Assembly (NCBI GenBank): GCA_041645325.1
Contig: JBAZQI010000002.1
Coordinates: forward strand, 8,850 to 72,849
Origin: an archaeon
GTDB taxonomy: Archaea > Iainarchaeota > Iainarchaeia > Iainarchaeales > GCA-2688035
Direction: 5' to 3'
DNA length: 64,000 nt
Under the pieces are notes generated by a model that did no database searches, was not told the DNA's origin, and saw only the letters and a list, made by a program, of their open reading frames with translations. Every line of letters begins with the position of its first letter. Positions within the stretch are counted from its first letter, which is position 1. Shown piece after piece: positions 36,318 through 46,633 of the stretch. The translations under genes and the position numbers were made by a program.

Positions 36318-38077
36318 GCAAAAAAAATGCAATCGCTTTCATTGCGCTGCTCCTGCTTTTCGCAGGCTATGCAAGTGCTGCACAGCCCGAGCTGTTCTAC
36401 AAAAGCAACCTGTTTGTAAAGCTCAACGAGGAAACGTTTTCGCCGGGAGAAACGCTTGAAGCCACAATAGAACTGCTCAATATGGAGGATTTCCCGATAG
36501 CGGAAGCATATGTTGTTGTCGAACTTGTGCAAGGCGATGATTACTATTACCCCAGCCAGATGCAGGATACGGACAACATTTTCTTTGAGGAAAAAATAAC
36601 TGGCCTGAACATCGCGCCCCACGAAAAGGTTTCCGAAACCTTTTCATACAATCTGCCCTCTGGCCTCAAACCCGGCAATTACAGGATAGATGTCTACGCC
36701 AAGACAAACAAGACCTCGCTTGTCGGAGCGCCCCACATATTCGCTTCGCCAAACTCCGTGCGCTTCGCAGTATCAGGCGTCGGCAATGAGTTCCCTGAAG
36801 CCAAATTCATAAGGACAAAGACAATGTTCCATGAGTTTCTTGGGCCCGTGGGCCCGGGAATAAAACCCGGCGAAGAAATTGAAAACGGGGTTTTTGTGCA
36901 AAATATTTCCGGCAAATCTCTCAGCAATGTTATACTGTTTGTGGGATTATGCGAGTGGGATGACACAAGCTGCGCTTCCTATGAATCGACAGCAACTGAA
37001 AAAATCGCGCTGCTTGCGCCTGGCGAAGAAAAAGCAGTAAGCGTAAAGCTCAAAGCTCCGCAAATGCCGGACGCGTACGCAATAAGGCTTGAGTTGCGGG
37101 ACAGTAGCGGCAGGCTGCTCTCCCTTTACAGGAACAGGAGCATTGTCTACGGTGGCACTGCCAAAATACACCAGCTCAACATAAGCGACTACTCTTTTGA
37201 GCAAGGTTCCCAGGGCGAAATAAGCATGTTTATAGGCCCAAGCCCGGACCATTACAATTTCCCCCCTTTTGAAGATTTCACAGTCAAGGCCTGGATTGAA
37301 AATGCAAGGGACAACAACAGGGTAATTTTCAGCGATGAACGGCAGGTTGCGTCAATAGCCAGCCCGGACTTCCTTACATTTGCCTTTCCCTTTACCGCCG
37401 AAAAAGCGCTTGACCTCTTCAAGGTATGCGGTTCGGTATCAAAAGGCGGGGAAGAGCACGAGCATTACTGCTACCTTGTGGACGCAAGCAAGTTCCCGAA
37501 AAAGGAGCTGGCAAGTGAAATAGCCATTGAATGGAACTATGACTTCTCAAATAGAACACTTAATCTTTTATTCTCAAACGAGGACACCAAGCTGAAGGAA
37601 ATGAACGCCGCATTCATGCTTCTGCGCCCTGAAACAAGCGAGCTCGTCGCAACCAAGGCCCTCAAAGGTGAAAGCCCGGTGGCTGAATCCATAGCTGTGG
37701 AGCCTGAAAACTTCGTGCTTTTGCTGAATAATTTTTCCACGCGAAAACAGCAGAAAGTGGAAATAAATATCGTGGGCCGGGAAGCGGCATTCACCCTGAA
37801 GTCATGCCCTGAACTCGGCGGAAGCATGTGTTCGGAAGGGCAATTATGCGACAATCCTGCGGCAAGCAGCGAAGGGAAGTGGTGCTGCCTGACACAATGC
37901 AGGGGCCGGGCAAGCACAAGCCAACAGTCCTTGCCCTGGGGCACGGTTTACTCCCTGCTTTTGTGGGTTGCCGCAATCGTTGTCATACTTGTAATCGCAT
38001 ACAATGCCTATGTCAGATTCGGCGGCAGAGGCAATGAGGAATTTGGAGGTGAGAACATTGAAAACGACCTGCGGTAA
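36314..38077 (+). CDS. Secreted surface protein with CARDB-like domains and C-terminal TM anchor (587 aa)
   Basis: ATGA overlap with the upstream gene stop. Signal peptide IAFIALLLLFAGYASAA. CARDB-like PGNYRIDVYAKT and APGEEKAVSVKLKAPQMPDAYAIRLEL. C-terminal VYSLLLWVAAIVVILVIAYNAYV plus basic/acidic tail. Confidence 0.55.
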   Translation: MSKKNAIAFIALLLLFAGYASAAQPELFYKSNLFVKLNEETFSPGETLEATIELLNMEDFPIAEAYVVVELVQGDDYYYPSQMQDTDNIFFEEKITGLNIAPHEKVSETFSYNLPSGLKPGNYRIDVYAKTNKTSLVGAPHIFASPNSVRFAVSGVGNEFPEAKFIRTKTMFHEFLGPVGPGIKPGEEIENGVFVQNISGKSLSNVILFVGLCEWDDTSCASYESTATEKIALLAPGEEKAVSVKLKAPQMPDAYAIRLELRDSSGRLLSLYRNRSIVYGGTAKIHQLNISDYSFEQGSQGEISMFIGPSPDHYNFPPFEDFTVKAWIENARDNNRVIFSDERQVASIASPDFLTFAFPFTAEKALDLFKVCGSVSKGGEEHEHYCYLVDASKFPKKELASEIAIEWNYDFSNRTLNLLFSNEDTKLKEMNAAFMLLRPETSELVATKALKGESPVAESIAVEPENFVLLLNNFSTRKQQKVEINIVGREAAFTLKSCPELGGSMCSEGQLCDNPAASSEGKWCCLTQCRGRASTSQQSLPWGTVYSLLLWVAAIVVILVIAYNAYVRFGGRGNEEFGGENIENDLR

Positions 38078-40460
38078 GGTTACGGCCTTTTTCTTTGTCC
38101 TGTTCCTGGTATGCCTTTCACAGGTTTCCCTTGCTTCGCCCGGTGATTTTATTTCCCTGGACCCAAGCACCTGTGGCACATGGGGCGGGGGCAAGCACTG
38201 CTGGCATGAACAAAACGTACAGGGCATCACTAATGTTGATTTTATAATATCCTTTGACAAGCCCGTCGCTTTCGGGGATGGGAACACATATGTAGTGCCA
38301 ATTATGACCCTGATGAGCATAACGAATTTTGTCTCTTATATAAATGTGTGCGTTGACGGCGCTTCAGCCCCGGATGCAGTTCTCCCGGCAGATATCCTTG
38401 TTGATGGCGAAAAGGTCGGTGACAATTACATTAAAACCAATGTCGAATCCTGCCACGGCGGCACAGTATGGAAGGGCAATCAGGGCCCAGTCAAGTACCT
38501 TTTTTCCAAGCAGGGTCTGCACCACGTGCAGATTGTCGTTGCAAGCCAAAACAACGGAACATGCGGCGTAGTCTCACGCGAATTTGACGTTATTGTCGTG
38601 CATCCAGTCCTTTCAGTCAACGGAAGCGCCTCCAGGATAATTTCCTTCGGCAGAAATGAGGCAGAAAAGGCATTCAACATAATCTGGACCATTAAAAACC
38701 TGGGCGGTTTCGCAAGCACTCTGGAAACAGTAACGGCAACAGGCTGTGGCGAAAACCTTGAATGCAATTTCATTGCCTTCGGGCCATTGGACCTAAATCC
38801 GAACGAAAGCATCATTGTAGTGGAAGAGGTCAAGGCAAAAAGACCCGCAGCCATAACCGCGCCTGTGGCAGTGGAAGAACTCGGTATTGAGCTGGGTTAC
38901 ATTGACATATTCGGGTTAAGCCGCCTTAATAAGCAGTCATCACTTCCCGTGAATGTTGCGCTTTTATGGAATGAAGAGCAGCGCTTTCACGTGGAACTGG
39001 TCGGCGGTCAGCAGGATTACTGCATAGGCCAGGATGGCAAGCTCGGCGGCACAGGCCCGGGCGAAGTGCCCCATGTGCTGTTCAATTGGGCTTGGTCAAG
39101 CATAGGCATAAACGAGCCAGGCGCATACAGCTGCGACAAGAAAAGCCCAAATGATCTTGAATACATTTACTGTGACCCCACGCAATTCAGCATAGAGCTG
39201 CTCAAAAGGCTAAACATGATAAAGACCGCGGCTGAAGAGGGAAAATTCGACAAGGCCGCAGAGCTATCGCATTTCCAGGCCTACCTAATCGGCGACAGCA
39301 TAAACCCCGACTTCAGAAAAGACTTTGACTATTACTACAAGACAACGGAATTCTTCGGCGCAGACTGGTACAACAGCCCCAATTCACCCTGGGACCTGTA
39401 CTTTACCGACACCCAGCGCATGGTTTTCAGCCCAGAAAAAATAGATTCCGGCCTTTACGACGTGGAACTTGACTTCGATTTCGAATCCGACAAATACAAG
39501 TTCTTCTGGTCGGAAAACGAGCTTGCCGCCAAAATAACCGTCAGGCTTACCAAAATAAGTAACCCCCTTTCCCAGAACCCGCTTTACTACCTTCCCTTCA
39601 ACGGCGAAGTCGGCCTGCAGCGCATTGACGAAGACGGCCTTGCAAGGCGCAACGGCTACGGCCTCGGCTTCTCAGGGGACGAGCTAAGGCTTGACGAATT
39701 CAGGCTCGGCTCCTTCATCCTGACAAAAGGCGAAGGCGAAAAAATTGTGCAAACAGCATACATGCAGGACTTCTACAAGTCAAACATCTCGGAAAAAGGC
39801 CTTATACTTTCCATAGCAAAGGACGGCTCATCAATGGTGTTTTCGCCCTCATACGCAACGCCCGTAATAATGGAACTCAAGGCAAACGAGGCAACAGCAA
39901 GGGCAGACGGCTACTACTCCGTGCACAACGGCGCAAAAACAATGGTTTCGCCGTCAGGCTACATGAATCTCTGGACAGGCTTTGCCTCAACGCCAATGAC
40001 CTGCGCAAACTTTGACGAAAGCTCGCTGTACTACCAAAGGAACGACGGCACGGCATCCGAAGTCCCGGGCTTGGCAACCACGCCGGAAAACCCGGCCTAC
40101 GGCTTCACCTGGAAAGACGTCCCAGCACAAAACCTCCAGCAGGGCAAACTGTACCTTGAAACAGTCTTCTACACGCCGATAGACTCAGGAATGACCTTGA
40201 GCGGCGAAAGCACTACTGTCCTGATGAGCCCAAGTGGCACAGGGCAGGCAGTCTCGCTTAACTACAAGGGCATGAGCCCAATAATTGAAAGCGTGTTCGG
40301 CCTTGTAAACGACAAGTATGTCTGCGTCAGCCTCAGCGACAGTGCGCTTGAATTCTGGTGGAACCCACAGCGCGTCACCAAGGACCTTGACGGCATAAAA
40401 GCCGCACAAATAAGCGAAGCCTGGATGTCAGGCTGCTCGGTGGAAGGCGAGGCAAAGTAG
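38034..40460 (+). CDS. Large secreted protein (about 800 aa), hypothetical; third gene of overlapping surface-protein operon
   Basis: Overlaps the upstream gene's 3' end. Signal peptide TAFFFVLFLVCLSQVSLASP. A GTG at 38049, directly preceded by GGAGG, is an alternative start. No domain recognised. Confidence 0.55.
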   Translation: MRNLEVRTLKTTCGKVTAFFFVLFLVCLSQVSLASPGDFISLDPSTCGTWGGGKHCWHEQNVQGITNVDFIISFDKPVAFGDGNTYVVPIMTLMSITNFVSYINVCVDGASAPDAVLPADILVDGEKVGDNYIKTNVESCHGGTVWKGNQGPVKYLFSKQGLHHVQIVVASQNNGTCGVVSREFDVIVVHPVLSVNGSASRIISFGRNEAEKAFNIIWTIKNLGGFASTLETVTATGCGENLECNFIAFGPLDLNPNESIIVVEEVKAKRPAAITAPVAVEELGIELGYIDIFGLSRLNKQSSLPVNVALLWNEEQRFHVELVGGQQDYCIGQDGKLGGTGPGEVPHVLFNWAWSSIGINEPGAYSCDKKSPNDLEYIYCDPTQFSIELLKRLNMIKTAAEEGKFDKAAELSHFQAYLIGDSINPDFRKDFDYYYKTTEFFGADWYNSPNSPWDLYFTDTQRMVFSPEKIDSGLYDVELDFDFESDKYKFFWSENELAAKITVRLTKISNPLSQNPLYYLPFNGEVGLQRIDEDGLARRNGYGLGFSGDELRLDEFRLGSFILTKGEGEKIVQTAYMQDFYKSNISEKGLILSIAKDGSSMVFSPSYATPVIMELKANEATARADGYYSVHNGAKTMVSPSGYMNLWTGFASTPMTCANFDESSLYYQRNDGTASEVPGLATTPENPAYGFTWKDVPAQNLQQGKLYLETVFYTPIDSGMTLSGESTTVLMSPSGTGQAVSLNYKGMSPIIESVFGLVNDKYVCVSLSDSALEFWWNPQRVTKDLDGIKAAQISEAWMSGCSVEGEAK

Positions 40461-40468
40461 CTGTTCCT

Positions 40469-41248
40469 TCAAAGGAACAGCACAATCGCGGCAATGGCAA
40501 TTATCAGGGCAAGGCTGATCCAGAAAGCCGGCTTTCCCAACAGGCGCCATTTTCTTCCAGAATCAGCGCTTACGGCCTGCGTTTTTTCCACGTTTCCCTT
40601 TTTTCCCGCAAGCTTTTCTCCGCCGATTGCCGCAATCTCCCTGCTGTACCTCAGCCAGGCGCCAGGTTCCTTCAATTCCTCAAGGGCCTCTTTTGTAAGC
40701 TCAACAAAGCCCTTTTCCTTTTCGGGAACATTTTCCTTGCCCAGCATTTCCCCGGTTACCGCGCTTATTTCAAATTTGTGCGTTTCGCCGGCAACCGTGG
40801 CAAACGCAAGCCACACAGGGTAATAGATTTCCCGAAAGCTGGAAAGCACGACGTTTTTCCTGTCAGTGCCGAGAAAAGAGGCTGTCTTCAGCAGTGCAAT
40901 CTTTTCAGCCTCGCTTTTTGAAAAAACCGCCTTTTTTATCACAAGGGCATATTTGTCCGGAAGCTCTTTCAAAAGCGCTTCTTCTTCAGGCATTGACTCT
41001 GCAAGCTCCTTGTTCAATTCGGCTGTTTCGCCGTTCAGGGCAAGCAGGCCACGCCTGGTTTCCCCATTTGGCTTTCCTTTTTCCCCAAAGACAGCATCGT
41101 AATAGAAAAGAAAAAAGGGGGTGAGGACAAGCTTTATGTCCCCTCTCTCAAAATTGTGCCGGTTTTTTTTAAGCAGGGCTTTCTCCACAATCTCGGCGGC
41201 CTTTTCAAGCGTGAAAGAGATTGGGAATACCGGGTTTCCTACAAACAT
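40469..41248 (-). CDS. C-terminally TM-anchored hypothetical protein
   Basis: 259 aa; soluble domain then WISLALIIAIAAIVLFL at the C-terminus (tail-anchored topology). Confidence 0.45.
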   Translation of the reverse strand: MFVGNPVFPISFTLEKAAEIVEKALLKKNRHNFERGDIKLVLTPFFLFYYDAVFGEKGKPNGETRRGLLALNGETAELNKELAESMPEEEALLKELPDKYALVIKKAVFSKSEAEKIALLKTASFLGTDRKNVVLSSFREIYYPVWLAFATVAGETHKFEISAVTGEMLGKENVPEKEKGFVELTKEALEELKEPGAWLRYSREIAAIGGEKLAGKKGNVEKTQAVSADSGRKWRLLGKPAFWISLALIIAIAAIVLFL

Positions 41249-41259
41249 GCTGTTCTATT

Positions 41260-41619
41260 TTATTGCAGCTCTTTCTTCTTAATAATCTTTACCTTGCTTG
41301 GCGTCACAAGAATGTGCTCGTGGCTGATTCTTGCTATATCCCCGTTGATTCCCTCAATGCCGCCTTTTATCTTGGTCACAATTTCCTTGAGCTTTATCGC
41401 GTTTCTCTTGCTCAGGTCCCCTATGTTCACAAGGACAATATTGCCTGCTTTTGCCTCGTTTACAACATTCTGCGCATCGGCTTCGGTTGTAAGCGTAATG
41501 GGCTTCACGAAGGCATCGGCATCCTCGTAAATGGTTTCATCCTCGGCATCAAGGTTGTTCAAAAAGCCCTCAATGTCTATTCCTTCTTCTCTCTTCAAAA
41601 CCTTTTCTAAAAAAGCCAT
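41260..41619 (-). CDS. sepF: Cell division protein SepF-like (DUF552)
   Basis: MAFLEKVLKREEGIDIEGFLN...AKAGNIVLVNIGDL...GDIARISHEHILVTP matches archaeal SepF (IVL.N...L......R..DFL.G..YAL.G...RI....FL.TP). Confidence 0.6.
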   Translation of the reverse strand: MAFLEKVLKREEGIDIEGFLNNLDAEDETIYEDADAFVKPITLTTEADAQNVVNEAKAGNIVLVNIGDLSKRNAIKLKEIVTKIKGGIEGINGDIARISHEHILVTPSKVKIIKKKELQ

Positions 41620-41906
41620 TATTTTTTGCACCCCCAAATTCAATTATAGTATTTCTCCCACAATTGTTTTTTAAAACACTTCGCTTGCATCCCCTACATA
41701 ACAAGCCGCCCCAGCCGGCTGATCTGGGTGCCATAAGCTCGCTTTTGCTCGCTATGGCCCAGGTAAGGAAACCGAATTCTTTGCCAAACCCCAGGTTTGC
41801 TTTCTCAATAAAGCATGCTTTTTAATTGCCCGGCCATAATAGTTATGCTCCCAACTTTTTTCAGGAATTTTTACCCGACACAAACACAGCCTAGGGTGGG
41901 TTTTTT

Positions 41907-43130
41907 TTGATTGAGCAAAGCTTGCATGAAAACATTTTCCAGAAACAGCTTGAAAAAAACACGGTTTTCACGGACAGAAACACAATAACCCCGCACTACA
42001 CGCCAAGCAATCTCCCATTCAGGGAAAAGCAGATAGAGGAAATCTCGCAATTGCTTTCGGTTGCATTGCACGGCGCAAAGCCGGACAATCTTTTCATCTA
42101 CGGCAAGGTCGGCACAGGCAAGACAGTAACCGTAAACCATGTGCTTTTGCAGTTAAACGATTTCATAGCCCACAATGCCAACAAAAGCGTTGACTTTGCC
42201 TACGTCAACTGCAGGAACCATAACACAAAATACAAGGTTTTGCTCAAGGCGCTTTCAAAATTCTTTCCGGAAGAAGACTTCATAGGATACAGCTCTGCCT
42301 TTGTCTACGAAAAAATGCTCAAGCACGCGGAATCCGGAAAGCAGGTGATAATCGTGCTTGATGAAATAGACAAGGTCAAGGACCTTGACGAGCTAATCTA
42401 CGCGCTCACAAGGTCAAACGACGAGCTGCAAAAAGGCGGCATTGCGGTGATAGGAATAAGCAACAACCTTTTCTTCAAGGACAAGCTTGACGTGAGGACA
42501 AAAAGCACGCTGCTGCAGAGGGAAATGGTTTTTCCGCCATACAATGCGGAAGAGCTCAGGGCAATCCTGCAGGCGCGCATTAAAACCGCGTTCAAGCCAA
42601 GTGCGGTTGAGGATAGCGCCATTAACCTTGCCGCCGCAATTGCGGCACAGGAATCAGGGGACGCTAGGGCAGCGGTAATGCTCATGCTCAGGGCAGGCGA
42701 AGAGGCTGACCGCTCCCTGCTAAGGGTTGTGAAAGAAGAACATGTAAGGCTTGCAAGGACGCGCGTTGAAGAAGAGGTTACCTTGAACATGGTGGAAACC
42801 CTGCCAAAGCAGCAGCAACTGGTGCTCTACGCCTTGTCCTTGATGACTGCGCAGGGCAAGGGCTATGGAAAGCTCATGGGCGGCAAGGAAGAAGGCGTCT
42901 TTTTTTCAGGCGACGCCTACAGGGAATACGAGCGCATTGCCGCCTCAATGCAGGAACAGGTTGTCTCAAGCCGATGGTTCAGGGAATACGTAAACGAGCT
43001 TGAAACCTACGGCCTGATTTTGACAACAGCTTCAGGCAAGGGCATAAGAGGCACAACAACGCTGATAAAGCTCGGCTTTGACGCAAAAAAACTCAAGCAG
43101 GCGCTGGAAAAAGAACTGATGTGCGCATAG
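41907..43130 (+). CDS. cdc6: Orc1/Cdc6 replication initiator
   Basis: Walker A IYGKVGTGKT, Walker B IIVLDEID, sensor motifs, and a C-terminal winged helix. 407 aa. Confidence 0.9.
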   Translation: MIEQSLHENIFQKQLEKNTVFTDRNTITPHYTPSNLPFREKQIEEISQLLSVALHGAKPDNLFIYGKVGTGKTVTVNHVLLQLNDFIAHNANKSVDFAYVNCRNHNTKYKVLLKALSKFFPEEDFIGYSSAFVYEKMLKHAESGKQVIIVLDEIDKVKDLDELIYALTRSNDELQKGGIAVIGISNNLFFKDKLDVRTKSTLLQREMVFPPYNAEELRAILQARIKTAFKPSAVEDSAINLAAAIAAQESGDARAAVMLMLRAGEEADRSLLRVVKEEHVRLARTRVEEEVTLNMVETLPKQQQLVLYALSLMTAQGKGYGKLMGGKEEGVFFSGDAYREYERIAASMQEQVVSSRWFREYVNELETYGLILTTASGKGIRGTTTLIKLGFDAKKLKQALEKELMCA

Positions 43131-43141
43131 TTGATTCTCCC

Positions 43142-46100
43142 CTAAACAAATTCAGCCAGCTTTTTTTGCTCCGGCTGCTCGTTTTTGAACACGCTGTTTA
43201 TTTCCTGGTCTATCAAATCGAGCCTTTGCCTTAAGTATGCGCTCAGGTCGAATTCCCTTGCCAAGTTTTTTGCAATCTCAAGGTATTTTCGAACGCCGCC
43301 CTCGTTTACCGTGAGGATGATTTTTTCCTGCGCGCACTTTGGGCATTTTCCATCAAGGGGAATGCGCCTGATTTTTGCGTTGCAGTTCGTGCACCTGAAT
43401 TTTTGCCTGCTGAACGCCCTTGTGTTGCCGATGATGTCAGGCAAAAGGTGCGTCACCATCACCCTTTCCAGGGCATCCTTGCTGTCCACAGCCCTTATTT
43501 TCCCCTGCAGCTTTGCCTGTGCCCTGATTTTTTCCTCCATTGTATTCAACTGCACATACCTTGAAGTTGTGGGGCCTGCGTCAAACTGCGTTGTCTCATG
43601 TGAATAGCCAAAACCAGAGTACTGCCCTTCTTTTCCCACAATGTGCTCTATCCTTCTGATGCCTTCAACGTCCGCAGGCGCCATTTTTTGCGCGTTCTCG
43701 TACAATTCAAGAGGGTAATCCCAGTTTGTTTCCATGTCATAGCATTCGTTGTCTATTTCCGTCGGCTTTAATGCAACTGTAAAGACAAGCGATGCGTCCA
43801 TTCTGCCGCCCCTGCTTCCCGGAAGATAGCTGTGGGAAAAGTTCAGGATGTTGTCCATAAGGAGCATGAGGCTGTCCTGGTCCCCGTCAACATTCCTTCT
43901 TTTTGTCTGATGGAAATAAGGGTGGGCAAAGCACGCCCTTGCTTTTGTGAAACCAATGAGCCTGCCAACAATCGCGGCAGAGGTGTGCGGCGCCAGGCCA
44001 AGCAAGAGCTGGCCGACAAGGTCCTCTTTTTTCTGCGCGTTGAAATACGGCCCAAGCTTGTAAAACCTTGCAAGCAACTCATCAACGAATTTTGAGACCT
44101 TCACAAAAAAGTCCCCCGCTGTGTCGTTTATCACAATGTCCTGCGGGAACAGCTCAACAACCTGGCCTGCGTCAACAAGTTCTTTCCCAAAAGTGTCCTT
44201 TTCATAGCCAAGCTCTCTTGCCTTTTCAACGCTTAATCCGATTTCTTTCGGCTTGAAGTGCGTCAATGGCGCGTCAATCGCCTCGTACCTTATTGTTGCG
44301 TCCCTGAAAACATGCAAATCATATTTTGCCCTGAGTATCCCTTTTTCCAGGGGCTCTGCCGACTTGCCTGTGTTAATCATTCCCTTTACGCCCTTAACAA
44401 TATCCGGAATTCTCACCCCGAGGTTTTCGGCCGCCTGCCTCATTGTTTCCTGCAAATCAATGCTTCTCTTGCTGAACGCCTCTGTTTCGAAACCGCACTT
44501 GCCGCATTTTTTTTCCTTGGTAAGGGCGCCGCAGTTCGGGCACATGCTTGTTTTTTCCGTTCGCTCATTGCATTTCCTGCAGTAAGGCTGTTCCCTTATT
44601 GCGCCGCACTTTGGGCAGCTGTAAAGCGCAATCTCAACAATGACAGAGCCCTCTTTTCCCTCGCCGGTGCCCGCCATTGCCTTGTTTATTGACCTGATGT
44701 TTCCTCCCGCCGCGCCTATCGGAAAAAGCATATGCGGGCTGCCCGCCATTTTCCTCGGCTTGCTTGCCTCAGGCCTTCCCATCCTTGCCCCAATCCAGGT
44801 TCCGGCCTTGTCCCTTATCTGCATGCCTGATGCAAGGTTCAGCGCAGAAATGACATCTTCGGCCTTTTCAACCGCCTCTTCAAGCCTTCCAATGCCATTG
44901 CCAAGCCCAAGGGTTTTTTTCACGGCATTGAACATTCCCTCTTCAATAAAAATTTTTCCCTCTTTTACCTCGTGGCACAGGCCTATTTTTTCCAAAAGAC
45001 CTTTTCCAGCATCGTCTTTCTCAAGCGCAATTGCATTCCCTTCCTTTTCGCCTTTTTCCAAAAACCTTGCAAGTAGCAAAAGCTCTTTTTTTTCAACGCC
45101 CTTGTAATAACAAAGCGCATTTGGATGCAATGGCAAATTGTATTTTTCCGCAAGCTCAATCGCCTGTTCCGGCGCAACATTCAAGGGCTCTTTCAAAATT
45201 TTTTCAATTTCTTTTGCCTTTTCCCCAAGCTGCCTTTCGGCTTCCTTTGCCCACCATTCCTCACAATAGCCGGCAGGCACAAGGGGATGCGCGCTGTACC
45301 TGAAATCGCCGATGCTTATCAGCAAATCCCCGAGGAAAAGTATTTCTTCAACCCTCGGCTTTATTTTAATGGCCTCTTCCAGCGTGTTTACCTTCACAAC
45401 ACTGCCGCTGAAAAGTTTCACAATAGGGCCCTCAATGCTGTCAACAGGCGCCATTTCCGCGGCCTTCCCGGGCCTTTCAACCTTCATCTGCGTGGCATTT
45501 GCAATAAATCCATCAAGAATGTGCATGGTAGCAGGATGTATGCCCTTGCCCATTATTCCCGTGTTCCTTGCCCTGCCATACCTCAGCCTGAAGCCCCCGA
45601 ACCTCATGGGATAGGCAAGAATAGGCCTGCCTGCGGCAGCCCCAATCAAAAACTTTTCATTTGGCCTGAGCTTTTTGTCGCCTGAATCAACCTTGCCGAC
45701 CTTTATTATGTCCTCAAGCCAGTTCCACTCAAGGCCGAGCTTTTTTGAAAATCGCAAAATCTTTGCCGCTTTTAATGCAACGCCTTCGCTTAGCACAAGG
45801 CACATTCCCCCCCTTACCCTGTTGTTTGGAATCCTTGGCAAATCCCTGTTCACAGAAACCTCGCGTTCCTCGGTCGGCTCGCCGTTGATGCACACATTGC
45901 AGTTCCTCACAATCTTCCTTACCTCGTCGTCTGTGGGCTTGTACTGCCTTGTAACAATCTCGTCGTAAATCTGGCATTCCTCAACATACCTTTCAACCTC
46001 GTCATCGGTTGGCTTGTACTTGTCAAGCTCAAGAAGCTTTCTTGCGTAATCCCCAAGAATGAGCGGCAAAACCTGGCTTGTTCCGCCGGCCGCCCTGATA

Positions 46101-46633
46101 GGCCCTGCATAGTAAATGTCAATGAACCTGCTTCCATCAGGATTCCTGTTTATTTCAACCTTTGGCACGCCATCCAGCGGCGCGACAACAACGCCTTCGG
46201 TGTTCAAAACCAAAGCAGTCTTAATCGCCTGCTCAACCCTTTTTCCCTCATCCTCTATCTTGCACCATTCCTGCTCGATGATTTCGCGGAAAAGCTGAAA
46301 AATGGCTTCAAGCCTGTCCCCCTTTTTTTCCTCAAAAACTTCCCTGTACCTTTTCGCTATCCCGACAGGCCCTATGATTGTTTCTGTCCTGTCCGCAAGG
46401 TCTGCCACCGGCTTTGACTCTATAGCCGTGCTTAAATCAAAGCCTTTTTCCTTTGCCTTTTCGGCAACCGAAAGCTGTTTTTCAACCTCGGCAATAATGC
46501 CCTGATAATATTTTTTTATCGCAGGCGTTCCCTCAACCTCTATCTCAAGCTTCATGCCCATTCCCTTCCCCTGTTTGCCCAGGCATTTCCCGCTTCCATC
46601 CCTGGCTTCATTTTCATTCCTCTTTTTCCACAA
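43142..46633 (-). CDS. polC: DNA polymerase II (PolD) large subunit DP2
   Basis: 1163 aa with Cys clusters CPKCG...CRKC and CPNCG...CGKCG. Length and architecture typical of DP2, with no intein. The likely true start is MGMKLEIEVEG (about 46561), which removes the overlap with DP1. Confidence 0.9.
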   Translation of the reverse strand: MWKKRNENEARDGSGKCLGKQGKGMGMKLEIEVEGTPAIKKYYQGIIAEVEKQLSVAEKAKEKGFDLSTAIESKPVADLADRTETIIGPVGIAKRYREVFEEKKGDRLEAIFQLFREIIEQEWCKIEDEGKRVEQAIKTALVLNTEGVVVAPLDGVPKVEINRNPDGSRFIDIYYAGPIRAAGGTSQVLPLILGDYARKLLELDKYKPTDDEVERYVEECQIYDEIVTRQYKPTDDEVRKIVRNCNVCINGEPTEEREVSVNRDLPRIPNNRVRGGMCLVLSEGVALKAAKILRFSKKLGLEWNWLEDIIKVGKVDSGDKKLRPNEKFLIGAAAGRPILAYPMRFGGFRLRYGRARNTGIMGKGIHPATMHILDGFIANATQMKVERPGKAAEMAPVDSIEGPIVKLFSGSVVKVNTLEEAIKIKPRVEEILFLGDLLISIGDFRYSAHPLVPAGYCEEWWAKEAERQLGEKAKEIEKILKEPLNVAPEQAIELAEKYNLPLHPNALCYYKGVEKKELLLLARFLEKGEKEGNAIALEKDDAGKGLLEKIGLCHEVKEGKIFIEEGMFNAVKKTLGLGNGIGRLEEAVEKAEDVISALNLASGMQIRDKAGTWIGARMGRPEASKPRKMAGSPHMLFPIGAAGGNIRSINKAMAGTGEGKEGSVIVEIALYSCPKCGAIREQPYCRKCNERTEKTSMCPNCGALTKEKKCGKCGFETEAFSKRSIDLQETMRQAAENLGVRIPDIVKGVKGMINTGKSAEPLEKGILRAKYDLHVFRDATIRYEAIDAPLTHFKPKEIGLSVEKARELGYEKDTFGKELVDAGQVVELFPQDIVINDTAGDFFVKVSKFVDELLARFYKLGPYFNAQKKEDLVGQLLLGLAPHTSAAIVGRLIGFTKARACFAHPYFHQTKRRNVDGDQDSLMLLMDNILNFSHSYLPGSRGGRMDASLVFTVALKPTEIDNECYDMETNWDYPLELYENAQKMAPADVEGIRRIEHIVGKEGQYSGFGYSHETTQFDAGPTTSRYVQLNTMEEKIRAQAKLQGKIRAVDSKDALERVMVTHLLPDIIGNTRAFSRQKFRCTNCNAKIRRIPLDGKCPKCAQEKIILTVNEGGVRKYLEIAKNLAREFDLSAYLRQRLDLIDQEINSVFKNEQPEQKKLAEFV

